NCBI GenBank assembly: GCA_020635655.1
Contig: JACJZI010000009.1
Coordinates: 79,456 to 143,455, forward strand
Origin: Flavobacteriales bacterium
GTDB taxonomy: Bacteria; Bacteroidota; Bacteroidia; Flavobacteriales_F; PHOS-HE28
DNA length: 64,000 bases
Direction of reading: 5' to 3'
Under the pieces are notes generated by a model, which was given only the letters and a program-made list of their open reading frames with translations, was not told the origin of the DNA and did no database searches. The position numbers and the translations under genes are program-made. This document shows positions 26,250-36,310 of this stretch, piece by piece (within the stretch, counting starts at the first letter, position 1; the number at the start of each line of letters is the position of its first letter).

Positions 26250-26597
26250 CTACCCTACCCTTGTCCTGCTCGCCTTCGCCTCCGGGTTGAACGCCAGGCA
26301 GCGGTCGATCCAGAACTCCAGGTCGGCCTCGCTGTCATAGCCGGCGGGGTCGATGCGGAGATAGCCCTTCATCGGACGGCCACCGTGCACCATCTGCGTG
26401 GCACCTTCACGCTTCGTCAGCTGCTCCACCGCGTCCGGCCCCACGCGTGCCATGAGCCCGCCCTGGTAGAAGCCGATGCACATCTTGTCATCGACCATGT
26501 AGCAGTAGCCGCCGAACATCTTCTTGCCGACCCACTGCACCCTGCGCCGGTGCAGGGCCTTGTCGATGCGCTCGAGGAGGTATTCGTCGACGGGCAT
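26250..26597 (-). CDS. TfoX N-terminal domain protein
   Basis: I trimmed to the ATG at 26597. KKMFGGYCYMVDDKMCIGF is typical of the TfoX_N domain. Confidence 0.8.
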   Translation of the reverse strand: MPVDEYLLERIDKALHRRRVQWVGKKMFGGYCYMVDDKMCIGFYQGGLMARVGPDAVEQLTKREGATQMVHGGRPMKGYLRIDPAGYDSEADLEFWIDRCLAFNPEAKASRTRVG

Positions 26598-26728
26598 GGG
26601 CGGGTACGTATCGCACCAAAGTACCGCTATTCGAAGAAGCCCTCGGACCTGTAAAGAACACCGCACATCCAGTGGCTGAAGGTGTAGCACGTTCGCGGAA
26701 CGACCATTAGTTTCTACATCAGAAACGA

Positions 26729-29248
26729 ATGGTCATGCGCTATTCCACTACGCTCCTTCTTGCTCTTCTGGTCCACACGCTCGCCGCGCAGCGCCTGGTG
26801 CCCTATGGCCAGGGAGCGGCGGGAGTGCTGGTCGAGGACCTGCTCGTGTTCAACAACGAACTCACCGTGGGAGGGTGGTTCTACCAGCTCGACCAGGTTC
26901 CGGCATACGGGATCGCCGCGATCGACATGAACGGCAACGTGACCCAGATCGGCCCGTTCGTCTCCAATTCGGTGTGGGTATATGACATGGCCCTTTGGGG
27001 ATCGGACCTGGCCGTCGCCTATAGGGACATCGGCATCCGCGGCGTGGCCACCTGGGATGGGACCTCCTGGACCCAGCTTGGCCCTGATTTCGATGATCCA
27101 CCCAAGCGGGTCGCGGTGTTCAATGGCGAACTGTACGCGGCGGGCGATTTCACCCTGTGCGGGAACGTTCCCCTATCACGCGTGGCCAAATGGGACGGCG
27201 GCGCCTGGGTGCAGGCAGGCACGCCCTTGGACGGGGAGGTGCAAGCCATGACCGTCCACGATGGCGACCTCTACATCGGAGGCCTGTTCACCAACACGAA
27301 CGGAACGACATTGCTCCACGTGGCCCGGCTGTCCGGGTCGACCTGGTCAAGTCTGGGAGCGGGGATGAACGCCACGGTGGAGGACCTGCGCTCGGTGGGC
27401 AATGAGCTGTGGATGGTCGGCGAATTCACCTACAATGGCGATTCTGCCGTGGCCTTGCCGATGAGCGCGCGTTGGGATGGCGCACAGTTCCTACCCCTGT
27501 CACCCACGCCCTTGAGCGGTAGTGACCGGCGGATCCTGCATGCGCCCAGCTATGGTTACTTCCTGTCGGATGCCGAACGGACGCTGCTGGACCCGGGACC
27601 TGGCGAGCGGAGCCTCAACATGCGCGGGCTTCGCGCCATGGCGCAATTCAACGGACTGACCTTCGCGGGTGGGGACCTCAGACATTACTCCTACCGGGAA
27701 ATGAAGGACCTCGGAAAGGTCCTTCCCGGAGAGGATGCGCACATCCTGGACCTCGCAGGCATGCGTGTGCGCGTGGACGCCCTGGGAGGGATCGGCTATG
27801 ATCTGGATACCGATGCTCCGGGATACGAGGTTCCCGCCGGCTCCGGCGCTTCGACCGTGTTCGATCATGGGCTTTGTGCCGTGGCCGTGGCCAATGGCGC
27901 ACTTCGGGTCGTGCCAGCGGGATATGAATCCCAATTCCCGGATGGCATGACTCCGGGTCCCTGGTGCGCGGACACCTCGGATCAGTATTGGGACCGCTAC
28001 ACACAGGTCTGGCCCATGGATAAAGGCACCGTCTGGGACCACAATGCCCATTGGAACGACCCGGGCTATGTGCCTTCCTATCCCATCGCCGCCTGGCCGG
28101 GTGACGGCGACGCAGGCAACGATGAACCGGCCACACTCGCACCCTACCTGGATGCGAATTCGGACGGCGTGTTCGACCCGAGCAGCGGGGACATCCCTCT
28201 CTTTCGGGGCGATGCCGCGGTCTACCAGGTCAGTTCCGACCAACGCACCGCGGCCTGGACCGGCCTACCTCCCATGGGCGTGGATGTGCATGCGATGACC
28301 TATGTCTGCAATGATTCTCCGTCCGACACGAACTATCAGGTGATGTACGAACACTACCGGGTGGTCAATCGCTCCAGTGAGACCTACGATACACTGTGGT
28401 TGGCATCGCGAACGGACACGGATATCGGCGGATCCAGTGATGACTACGTGGGCTGTGATACGGTGCTGAACATGGCCTTTGGCTACAATGGGGACGCCAT
28501 TGATGAGACCGGCTATGCCCAAGGTTATGGTGAGCACCCACCGGCACAAGGACTCGTTGCACTGAATGCGGATCTCCATGCATTCGCCCCGATCGGTGGG
28601 TCCGTATCAAGCGACCTCACAAATGCGGTTACGTACTACAACTACGCGATCGGTCTTCATGCCGACGGGTCTCCGATGGTCGATCTGTTGACCAATGCGG
28701 TCACCCATTATCGCTATCCGGGCGATCCCAACGACCCATCCCAATGGTCGGAGCAATCCGCCATGAACGCACCGGGCGACCGTCGCTTCATTGCTTCCTA
28801 CGGCCCCTGGTACAACGTGGCCCCCGGAGACACCATCTGCCTGGACCTGGCCTTCGTCTTCGCCCAGGATACGCTCGGGGACAACCTCAGCAGCGTCACC
28901 CTGCTGAAGCAACGCGCCGCCGCCGTGCGGGCCTGGTACGATCAACATGCGACCGCATGCAACACCTACATCCCGCTCGCCGTTCCTGATCACCCAAGCG
29001 GCCCTGCACCATCGATCACGCTCCGGCCCAACCCCACCACCGGACCGATCACCTTGGGCGGGGCCGTGCAGGAGGTCGAACAGGTGCGCGTGCGCGATCT
29101 GCTCGGACAGGTCGTTCTCGCTCGACCGGTCACGCCGGCTCAGGAACGGATCACCCTGGACCTGGGCGATCTGGCATCCGGCACCTATCTGGTGGAATTG
29201 ATCGCGCCAAGGACGCAAGAGGCTTTGCGCGTGGTGGTGATGCGTTGA
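26729..29248 (+). CDS. Large secreted protein with T9SS C-terminal sorting domain
   Basis: 839 aa. Signal peptide MVMRYSTTLLLALLVHTLAAQ and tail LRPNPTTGPITLGG...GTYLVELI. Confidence 0.88.
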   Translation: MVMRYSTTLLLALLVHTLAAQRLVPYGQGAAGVLVEDLLVFNNELTVGGWFYQLDQVPAYGIAAIDMNGNVTQIGPFVSNSVWVYDMALWGSDLAVAYRDIGIRGVATWDGTSWTQLGPDFDDPPKRVAVFNGELYAAGDFTLCGNVPLSRVAKWDGGAWVQAGTPLDGEVQAMTVHDGDLYIGGLFTNTNGTTLLHVARLSGSTWSSLGAGMNATVEDLRSVGNELWMVGEFTYNGDSAVALPMSARWDGAQFLPLSPTPLSGSDRRILHAPSYGYFLSDAERTLLDPGPGERSLNMRGLRAMAQFNGLTFAGGDLRHYSYREMKDLGKVLPGEDAHILDLAGMRVRVDALGGIGYDLDTDAPGYEVPAGSGASTVFDHGLCAVAVANGALRVVPAGYESQFPDGMTPGPWCADTSDQYWDRYTQVWPMDKGTVWDHNAHWNDPGYVPSYPIAAWPGDGDAGNDEPATLAPYLDANSDGVFDPSSGDIPLFRGDAAVYQVSSDQRTAAWTGLPPMGVDVHAMTYVCNDSPSDTNYQVMYEHYRVVNRSSETYDTLWLASRTDTDIGGSSDDYVGCDTVLNMAFGYNGDAIDETGYAQGYGEHPPAQGLVALNADLHAFAPIGGSVSSDLTNAVTYYNYAIGLHADGSPMVDLLTNAVTHYRYPGDPNDPSQWSEQSAMNAPGDRRFIASYGPWYNVAPGDTICLDLAFVFAQDTLGDNLSSVTLLKQRAAAVRAWYDQHATACNTYIPLAVPDHPSGPAPSITLRPNPTTGPITLGGAVQEVEQVRVRDLLGQVVLARPVTPAQERITLDLGDLASGTYLVELIAPRTQEALRVVVMR

Positions 29249-29251
29249 ACC

Positions 29252-29800
29252 CTACTTCACCCCCACCCCTTTCTCCGCCAGCGCCACCATCTCGTCGCAG
29301 AAGAGCTTCACCCGCGCCCAGTCGGTGTACTCGTGGTCCTGCGTGGTGTCGGTGCTGCCCCCCTCACGCTTCACGATCTGCTTCATCATGAATCGCTTGA
29401 AGAAGTCGTACTCGACGTACTTCAACGCTCCGGCGATCTGCTCGACCCGCTTCGGCGTCCATTGGCAGGCATCCGTGAACTGGCGCGTGATGTCCATTGC
29501 CTCCTCCATGGCCTTCGGCTCACCGGAAAGGATGTGGAGGCACACCGAGAAGAAGGCGTTGGGCCGCGCCTCGATGGCGGCCTTGTTGGCCAGGATGTAG
29601 TGCTTCAACGCGGTCGCATAGTGGCCGATGTGCACGGACCCGCCGAGCAGGACCAGGTCGAAATTCTCCGGTGAAGGTGGTGCATCGATGGCGTTGCAAC
29701 AGGAGACGGCATGGCCGAGCGATTGGAGATGGTCCTCCATGGCCCGCGCGATCTTGCGGGTCTGGCCCTCGACGGTGGCGTAGATGATGAGGATGTGCAT
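29252..29800 (-). CDS. hemG: Flavodoxin-like protoporphyrinogen oxidase HemG homologue
   Basis: I trimmed to the ATG at 29800. MHILIIYATVEGQTRKIA...GGSVHIGHY...IAGALKY..YDFFKRFMMK..YTDW is collinear with E. coli HemG as I recall it. Confidence 0.7.
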   Translation of the reverse strand: MHILIIYATVEGQTRKIARAMEDHLQSLGHAVSCCNAIDAPPSPENFDLVLLGGSVHIGHYATALKHYILANKAAIEARPNAFFSVCLHILSGEPKAMEEAMDITRQFTDACQWTPKRVEQIAGALKYVEYDFFKRFMMKQIVKREGGSTDTTQDHEYTDWARVKLFCDEMVALAEKGVGVK

Positions 29801-29928
29801 GTTCTTCGGGGATGGGTGGATGCGGGGGTGCCAAGCTATCCGGCCCTGCCGATCGCCACACTGATCACCGTCAGACCCGGGTCCGACGCGACTACTTTTG
29901 ATGGCATATCGATCAAGCACCTCCATCC

Positions 29929-30315
29929 ATGAACCCCGTCGTCCATTTCGAAATGCCTGCCGAGGACCGGCAGCGCGTGAGCAAATTCTACTCCACGGTA
30001 TTCGGCTGGCAGATGCAGCAGCTAGGCCCCGAGATGGGGGACTACCTCCTGGCCGGCACCACCGAGGTGGATGAGGACCGGATGATCAAGACGCCCGGCG
30101 CGATCAACGGCGGGTTCTTCCAGAAGGCGCCGGACAACGCGCATCCCTCGCTCACCATCGCCGTGGACGACATCCACGCCCATGTGGAGAAGGTGAAGCA
30201 GGGCGGCGGAACGGTGCTGCACGAGCCGCAGGAGATCCCCGGCATCGGCCTCTATGTGTCGTTCCTCGACTCCGAGGGCAACCGGGTGAGCATGCTGCAG
30301 CCGACGAACATGTAG
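29929..30315 (+). CDS. VOC/glyoxalase-family protein
   Basis: 128 aa. NPVVHFEMPAED...YSTVFGW...GIGLYVSFLDSEGNRVSMLQ is typical of the glyoxalase/bleomycin-resistance fold. Confidence 0.8.
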   Translation: MNPVVHFEMPAEDRQRVSKFYSTVFGWQMQQLGPEMGDYLLAGTTEVDEDRMIKTPGAINGGFFQKAPDNAHPSLTIAVDDIHAHVEKVKQGGGTVLHEPQEIPGIGLYVSFLDSEGNRVSMLQPTNM

Positions 30316-30337
30316 GCCGGGAGGCCTACGACACCCC

Positions 30338-31645
30338 TCAATGCACCAGGTCACCGGCCAGGCGCCGCAGCTCGGTCTCGGCCACCTTCGCATTGTACCG
30401 CGCGGTGACCAGTCGGGACGCGGCCTCCGCGAAGGTGCTCTGGGCCTCCTTCAATTCGACGATGCTGCTGAGCCCAGCTTGGAAGCGTGCTTCCGCGATG
30501 TGCAGCACTTCGCGTGCCGCCGTGATGTTCTCTTGCTCCAGGGCCAGGATCCCCTTGCGGCTCTGCAGGTCGCGCCAGGCCTTGCGCGTGTCGGCATCGA
30601 GTTGCTGGCGTTCGCTTTCCAGGTCCAGTCCCGCGTTCAACAGATCGAGCTTCGCGTTCCTGATCGCGGTGTTGGTGCGAAGGCCGTTGAACAGGGGCAC
30701 CGAGGCGGTGACACCCCAGGTGTAGCCGAGGTTCTGGTTCAGCAGGATGAAGCTGGCGTTGTTGGTGGAACGCGTGAACTGGTAGGCGCCGTTCAGGTCG
30801 ATGGTGGGCCAGCGTGTCGCCTGGGTCGCACGCAGGCCGAGCTCCGCCGCCCGCTGCCGGCTGCCAGAGAGCAGCAGCGTGTTGTTGCCGGCGGTGGCCG
30901 CGTTCTGGAGCGCCGCGAGGTCGGGGTCGTAGCGGATGATCACGGTGTCCTCCACCGCGATCGTCGTGGTCGGGGCGATCGCCAGCATGCGGCACAACTC
31001 CAACTTGGCGTTGTCCAGATCGGCTTGGGCGGAAAGGGCCGCGGAGCGCTGCGCATTGAGCTGCGTGCGCGCCAGCAGCACATCGAGCTTCGAGCCGGAA
31101 CCGTTGTCGAGCCGGCGTTGCGCAATGGTGCCCACCTCCTCCGCCACCGCGATCTGCTCATTGATCGCCTCCAACGCCTGTTGCTGCTGTACGACCGTAT
31201 AGTACGTGCCGATCAGGCCGGACAGCACATCCTCGATGCGCACCTTCAGCGCCAGTTCACCCTCCGTGGTCAGCTCCTCCAACCGCTTCTTCGTGGCGAA
31301 CATGCCCAGGCCGTCGAACACGGTCCAGTTCAGGGCCACATTGCCGCTCAGGTTGTCCGACGTGGCACCGGTGCGGTCCACCTCGGTGTTGTTCGACAGT
31401 TCCTGCCGCGCATGACCGGTGGTGGTGGCGTAGGCCCCGTTCAGGTCCACGCGGGGCAGCATGCCGGCGTTGCCGATGGTGTTGTCGTTCGCCGCCTGTT
31501 CGGCCGTGTTCCGCGCGATACGGATGTCGAAGTTGTTCTTCAGCACCAGCTCCACGGCGTGGTCCAATGTGAGCAGGCTGTCCTGGGCCTGAACGCCGAT
31601 CATCGCGCAACAGGCGACCGTCCCGATGATCGTGCGCGCCCTCAT
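30338..31645 (-). CDS. TolC-family outer membrane efflux protein
   Basis: I trimmed the 559-aa track ORF to the ATG at 31645, which overlaps the RND stop (ATGA). Signal peptide and OEP repeats. Confidence 0.85.
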   Translation of the reverse strand: MRARTIIGTVACCAMIGVQAQDSLLTLDHAVELVLKNNFDIRIARNTAEQAANDNTIGNAGMLPRVDLNGAYATTTGHARQELSNNTEVDRTGATSDNLSGNVALNWTVFDGLGMFATKKRLEELTTEGELALKVRIEDVLSGLIGTYYTVVQQQQALEAINEQIAVAEEVGTIAQRRLDNGSGSKLDVLLARTQLNAQRSAALSAQADLDNAKLELCRMLAIAPTTTIAVEDTVIIRYDPDLAALQNAATAGNNTLLLSGSRQRAAELGLRATQATRWPTIDLNGAYQFTRSTNNASFILLNQNLGYTWGVTASVPLFNGLRTNTAIRNAKLDLLNAGLDLESERQQLDADTRKAWRDLQSRKGILALEQENITAAREVLHIAEARFQAGLSSIVELKEAQSTFAEAASRLVTARYNAKVAETELRRLAGDLVH

Positions 31646-34600
31646 GCCTCCTCGTGGGTTTCCCGTTTCCGGGTGGCGATGTAGGTGTACATCGCCGGGA
31701 TCACGTACAGGGTGAGCACCAAGGAGAAGAGCAGGCCGCCCACCACGACGATGCCCATGGGGATGCGGCTCTGCGCGCCGTTGCCCAGGCCGATGGCGAT
31801 GGGCAGCGCACCCAGCACGGTGGCGATGCTGGTCATCAGGATCGGACGAAGACGTTGCGTGGCCGCCTCGATCGCGGCGTCGATGCGGGACAGTCCATGG
31901 TGTTCGCGCTGCTGATTGGCGAACTCGACGATCAGGATCCCGTTCTTGGTCACGAGGCCGACGAGCATGATCATGCCGATCTCGCTGAAGATGTTCAGCG
32001 TCTGGTTGAACAGCCACAGCGACAGGACGGCACCACCGAGGGCGAGCGGCACGGTGAGCATGATGATGAAGGGATCGCGGAAGCTCTCGAACTGCGCGGC
32101 GAGGATCAGGTAGATCAGCACAAGGGCGAAGACCAGAGCAAAGACGATGTTGGAGCCGCTCTCGGCGAAATCGCGGGAGGCGCCGCTGAGGGAAGTGGCG
32201 AAGGAATCGTCCAGCACGCGATCGGCGATGGTCTGCATGGCGGCAATGCCGTCACCGATGGTCTTCCCGGGTGCGAGCCCAGCCGAAACGGTGGCCGACT
32301 TGTACCGATCGTAGTGGTAGAGCTGCGGCGGTTCGCTGGCCTCCTGGATATCGAGCAGATCGTCCAACTGCACCATCCGGCCGACCTGCGCATGCACCTG
32401 CAGCGTGCGCACGTCCAGCGGCTTGCCCCGGTCCTCCAGGCGCACCTGGCCGATCACCTGGTATTGCTTGCCGTCCTTGGTGAAATAGGACATGCGTCCG
32501 CCGCCGTAGGCCAGCTGCAGGGTGCGGGCGATGTCGACCACGGGCACGCCGAGCGCACGCGCCCGGTCGCGGTCGATGGTGATGTTGAGCTCGGGCTTGT
32601 TGAACTTGAGGTTGACGTCGAGGCCCTGGAAGGTCGGATCCTTGGCCGCCTCGTCCATGAACCTGGGCACGAACTCCTTGAGCTTGTCGAAGGAGTTGTT
32701 CTGCAGCACGAACTGGACCGGTTGACTGGTCTTCGCGCCGACGCCCACGCTGATGGTCTGTTCCTGGATCACGAAGGCACGGCCATCGGTGTAGGCGCCG
32801 AAGTCCTGCTGGAGCGCCTGGGCGATCTCCGCCTGCGAACGCCTGCGCTCACCGGGTTCGGACAGGGTCACGCGCAGGAAGCCTGAGTTGACCGCGCCAC
32901 TGCCTGCGAAACTGGGTGCGGTGACGCTGAGCACCACCTTGTGTTCGGGCACGCTGTCCACCGCATCCTGCACGAGCTGGTCCATGAAGTGGTCCATCCG
33001 CTCGTAGGACGTGCCCTCCGGCGCGCTGACGATCACCCGCAGCAGGCTGCGGTCCTCCAGCGGCGCCAGCTCCGACTGCAGGAAGGCACCGACACCGAAG
33101 ATCAAAGCGATGGCGCCGATGAGGATGCCGAAGGCCCAGCCGCGGCTGCGCATGAAATTGGTGATCGACCGCCGGTAACCTTCCGTCATGGCGACGAAGA
33201 ACGGCTCGGTGCGCTCGTAGAAGCGGCTGTGCTTGTGGTCCTTCCGCGTCAGCTTCACGTTGAGGACGGGGGTGAGCGACAGGGACACGAAGGCCGAGAT
33301 CAGCACGGCGCCGGCCATCACCATCCCGAACTCACGGAACAGGCGGCCGGTGAAGCCCTGCAGGAAAATGATCGGCAGGAAGACCACGGCGAGGGTGAGC
33401 GAGGTGGACACCACGGCGAAGAAGATCTCGTTCGATCCCGCGATCGCCGCCTGCATCGGACGCATGCCGCCCTCCAGTTTCTTGTAGATGTTCTCGGTCA
33501 CCACGATGCCATCATCCACCACCAGGCCCGTGGCCAGCACGATGGCCAGCAGCGTGAGGATGTTCACCGAGAATCCGGCGACGTACATGATGAAGAAGGC
33601 GCCGATCAGCGACACGGGGATGTCGATCAAGGGGCGCAGGGCGATCAGCCAGTCGCGGAAGAAGAGGTAGATGATCAGGATCACCAGGATGAAGGCGATC
33701 GCGAGGGTCTCGCCCACTTCCGCCACGGAGCGCCGCACGAACCGCGTGGTGTCCATGGCGATGTCCAGGTGGATGTCCGACGGCAGCTCCTTCTTCAACT
33801 GCTCGTAGCGCTTGTAGAACTCGTCGGCGATCGCGATGTAGTTGGCACCCGGCTGGGGCACCAGGGCCAGGGCGATCATCGGCGTGCCGCTCTGCTTCAG
33901 GATCGTCTCCTCGTTCTCCGGGCCCAGCTGCGCCTCCCCGATGTCGCGGAACCGGATCAGCCGGTCGCCCTCCGAACCGATGATCATGTTGTCGAACTCC
34001 TCGGGCGAACTGAGGCGACACCGGGCGTTCACGCTCAGTTCGGTGGCCCTGCCGGTAAGCTTGCCGGCGGGCAGTTCCACGTTCTCCCGGTCCAGCGCGT
34101 TCTGCACATCGAGCGGGGTGAGCCCATGCGCGGCGAGCCGGTCCGGGTCGATCCACAGCCGCATGGCGTACTTCTTCTCACCCCAGATCTGCACGGTGCT
34201 CACGCCGGGGATCGTCTGCAGGCGCTCCTGGATCACGTTGGCGCCGTAGTCGCTCACCTCCAGCTGCGTGCGCGTGTCGCTCTGCACGGTCATGGAGATG
34301 ATCGAGCTGCTGTTGGCATCCGACTTCGTGACCACCGGTGGCGCGTCGATATCCTGCGGGAGCTGGCGCGCGGCCTGGGACACCTTGTCACGCACGTCGT
34401 TCGCCGCGGCCTCGAGGTCGGTGCCGAGGTCGAACTCCACGGTGATCGTGCTGCTGCCCAGGTTGCTGGCCGAGCTGAGCGTGCGGATGCCGGCGATGCC
34501 GTTGATCGTCTTCTCGAGCGGCTCGGTGATCTGCGATTCCACCACCTCCGCGCTCGCGCCGGTGTAGCCGGTGCGCACGGTGATGATCGGCGGATCGATC

Positions 34601-34716
34601 GAGGGGTACTCCCGTACGCCCAGGAAACGGAAGCCGATGCCACCGAAGATGACGATGATGATGGACATCACCATCGCCAGGACCGGTCGTTTGAGGCTGA
34701 TCGAGGAGAGGCTCAT
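31642..34716 (-). CDS. RND efflux transporter permease (AcrB/HAE1-like)
   Basis: 1024 aa. The N-terminal SISLKRPVLAMVMSIIIVIFG and 12-TM architecture are typical of AcrB-type pumps. Confidence 0.92.
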   Translation of the reverse strand: MSLSSISLKRPVLAMVMSIIIVIFGGIGFRFLGVREYPSIDPPIITVRTGYTGASAEVVESQITEPLEKTINGIAGIRTLSSASNLGSSTITVEFDLGTDLEAAANDVRDKVSQAARQLPQDIDAPPVVTKSDANSSSIISMTVQSDTRTQLEVSDYGANVIQERLQTIPGVSTVQIWGEKKYAMRLWIDPDRLAAHGLTPLDVQNALDRENVELPAGKLTGRATELSVNARCRLSSPEEFDNMIIGSEGDRLIRFRDIGEAQLGPENEETILKQSGTPMIALALVPQPGANYIAIADEFYKRYEQLKKELPSDIHLDIAMDTTRFVRRSVAEVGETLAIAFILVILIIYLFFRDWLIALRPLIDIPVSLIGAFFIMYVAGFSVNILTLLAIVLATGLVVDDGIVVTENIYKKLEGGMRPMQAAIAGSNEIFFAVVSTSLTLAVVFLPIIFLQGFTGRLFREFGMVMAGAVLISAFVSLSLTPVLNVKLTRKDHKHSRFYERTEPFFVAMTEGYRRSITNFMRSRGWAFGILIGAIALIFGVGAFLQSELAPLEDRSLLRVIVSAPEGTSYERMDHFMDQLVQDAVDSVPEHKVVLSVTAPSFAGSGAVNSGFLRVTLSEPGERRRSQAEIAQALQQDFGAYTDGRAFVIQEQTISVGVGAKTSQPVQFVLQNNSFDKLKEFVPRFMDEAAKDPTFQGLDVNLKFNKPELNITIDRDRARALGVPVVDIARTLQLAYGGGRMSYFTKDGKQYQVIGQVRLEDRGKPLDVRTLQVHAQVGRMVQLDDLLDIQEASEPPQLYHYDRYKSATVSAGLAPGKTIGDGIAAMQTIADRVLDDSFATSLSGASRDFAESGSNIVFALVFALVLIYLILAAQFESFRDPFIIMLTVPLALGGAVLSLWLFNQTLNIFSEIGMIMLVGLVTKNGILIVEFANQQREHHGLSRIDAAIEAATQRLRPILMTSIATVLGALPIAIGLGNGAQSRIPMGIVVVGGLLFSLVLTLYVIPAMYTYIATRKRETHEEA

Positions 34717-34722
34717 CCCGGC

Positions 34723-35778
34723 TCAGTTCCCGACGTTCACGACCACGGGCATCCCGGGGCGTACCTGCATGATCCCGCTCGTGAGCAGGGTGTCGCCCGG
34801 CTGCAGGCCGCTGGTCACCTGCACCGTGCTGTCGTTGCGCAGGCCCACGTCCACCAGGACCGGCGTGGCCTTGCCGCCCCTGCTCACCATCACCTTCTGT
34901 CCGCGGATCTCGGGGATGATCGCCTGCGAGGGCACCATCAGCGCGTTGAGGATGCGTTGCAGCGGCACCTCCACCTTGGCGAAGGCCCCGGGGAGCAGGG
35001 CTCCATCGGCATTGGCACAACGCGCGCGGGCCGTAAGCGAGCGCGTGCCGGGATCGACGGCCGGCTCGAAGGCATAGATCACACCGGAACGGGGCTCCGG
35101 CGAGGACTCGACGGTGAAGGTGATCGTGTCGTTCACATGCAGCCGCTCCTGGTAGCGCGACGGCAGGGTGAACTCCAGTTTCATGGGATCGAGCTGCTGG
35201 AGCGAGGCGACCACCGTGAAGGCCGGCAGATAGGCGCCCTCGCTCACCGATCGCAGCCCGATGACCCCATTGAACGGTGCGCGGACCTCGGTCCTGGCGA
35301 TCTGCGCCCGCACCACATCGATGTCCGCCCGGACGCCGTCCAACTGGTTCTTCGCCGCGTCGTATTCCTGTTGCGACACGCCGTTGATCGCGAGCAGATC
35401 GCGCAGGCGGCCTTCGTTGGTGGCGGCCAGTTCCGCATCGAGCTGCAGCTTCCGCAACTGCGCCTGCAGGTCGTCGTCATAGATCTTGATCAGCAGGTCG
35501 CCCTTGTTCACCCGCCGGCCTTCCTCGAAACCGAGATGCACCAGCCGACCGGCCGTCTCGTTGCGCACCTCCACGCTGTTGTTGGCCAGCAGGGTGCCTG
35601 TTGTGTTGATGCGATCATCCAATGGACGAGGCTTCACGACAAGTCCGTACACATGCGCGGCGATCATGGGACCGCCGGGACCGCCCTGGGCCTGCTTCTC
35701 ACCACCGCACTTGTTCACGCCGATGATGACCGCCACGCCCACGATGGCGAGCAGCAGAAGAACACGGGAGATCTTCAT
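34723..35778 (-). CDS. RND efflux periplasmic adaptor
   Basis: 351 aa with an N-terminal anchor, a coiled-coil hairpin, and MFP beta-barrel motifs. Confidence 0.88.
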   Translation of the reverse strand: MKISRVLLLLAIVGVAVIIGVNKCGGEKQAQGGPGGPMIAAHVYGLVVKPRPLDDRINTTGTLLANNSVEVRNETAGRLVHLGFEEGRRVNKGDLLIKIYDDDLQAQLRKLQLDAELAATNEGRLRDLLAINGVSQQEYDAAKNQLDGVRADIDVVRAQIARTEVRAPFNGVIGLRSVSEGAYLPAFTVVASLQQLDPMKLEFTLPSRYQERLHVNDTITFTVESSPEPRSGVIYAFEPAVDPGTRSLTARARCANADGALLPGAFAKVEVPLQRILNALMVPSQAIIPEIRGQKVMVSRGGKATPVLVDVGLRNDSTVQVTSGLQPGDTLLTSGIMQVRPGMPVVVNVGN

Positions 35779-35908
35779 GCGGTCGGGACGTTCACGAATG
35801 AGGTGCCAGCGGGCGTTGCGGCGCCGAAATTACCAGCAACGCGCCCACGTCCGACGCGGCTTCACCTCCCTTAGCACCTCAGCCTTCCAAGGGTTCGACG
35901 CACGAAGC

Positions 35909-36310
35909 TCAATGCAAAGTGGTGCCGATCGCCCCGTACCAGGGATGGATCTCGTAGGCCAGCTTGCCACGCTTCACGAAGGGGTCCTGCAACAGGTAGC
36001 CCTCGACCTCCTCCCGGCTGTCGCAGTCATACAGCAATACGCCGCGCCAGGCCCCCTTGTCACCGAAGGGTCCCGCCACCTGGATCAGGCCGCGCTTCGC
36101 CTGTTCGCCCTGGTGCTCCAGGTGCTGCTTCAAAAGGTCCGCGGAGGTCGCACTATCCAGGCGGGTCGTATCGGGTCCGGCCGTGTACAGCACGAACCAG
36201 TACTGTTTCATGTGGTAGGTGCTGTCGGCGATGGTGACGTCGAAGGTGCGTTGGCCATGGCCCAGGCAGGAGCCCAGCATGGCGGAAAAGAGGGCGAGGG
36301 AACGGATCAT
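35909..36310 (-). CDS. YciI-like domain protein with N-terminal signal-like segment
   Basis: I trimmed to the ATG at 36310 (ATGA overlap with the grpB-like stop). GPFGDKG...DCDSREEVEGYLLQDPFVKRG...IHPW resembles the YciI family. Confidence 0.6.
   Translation of the reverse strand: MIRSLALFSAMLGSCLGHGQRTFDVTIADSTYHMKQYWFVLYTAGPDTTRLDSATSADLLKQHLEHQGEQAKRGLIQVAGPFGDKGAWRGVLLYDCDSREEVEGYLLQDPFVKRGKLAYEIHPWYGAIGTTLH

Noticed and set aside
32941-35874. 977-aa plus-strand ORF, the second-longest in the track
   Set aside because: It lies entirely antisense to the RND permease and adaptor genes (31642-35778), which have unmistakable family signatures. Its translation is low-complexity and rich in His, Arg, Asp and Gly with no motif. 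This is a typical high-GC shadow ORF.
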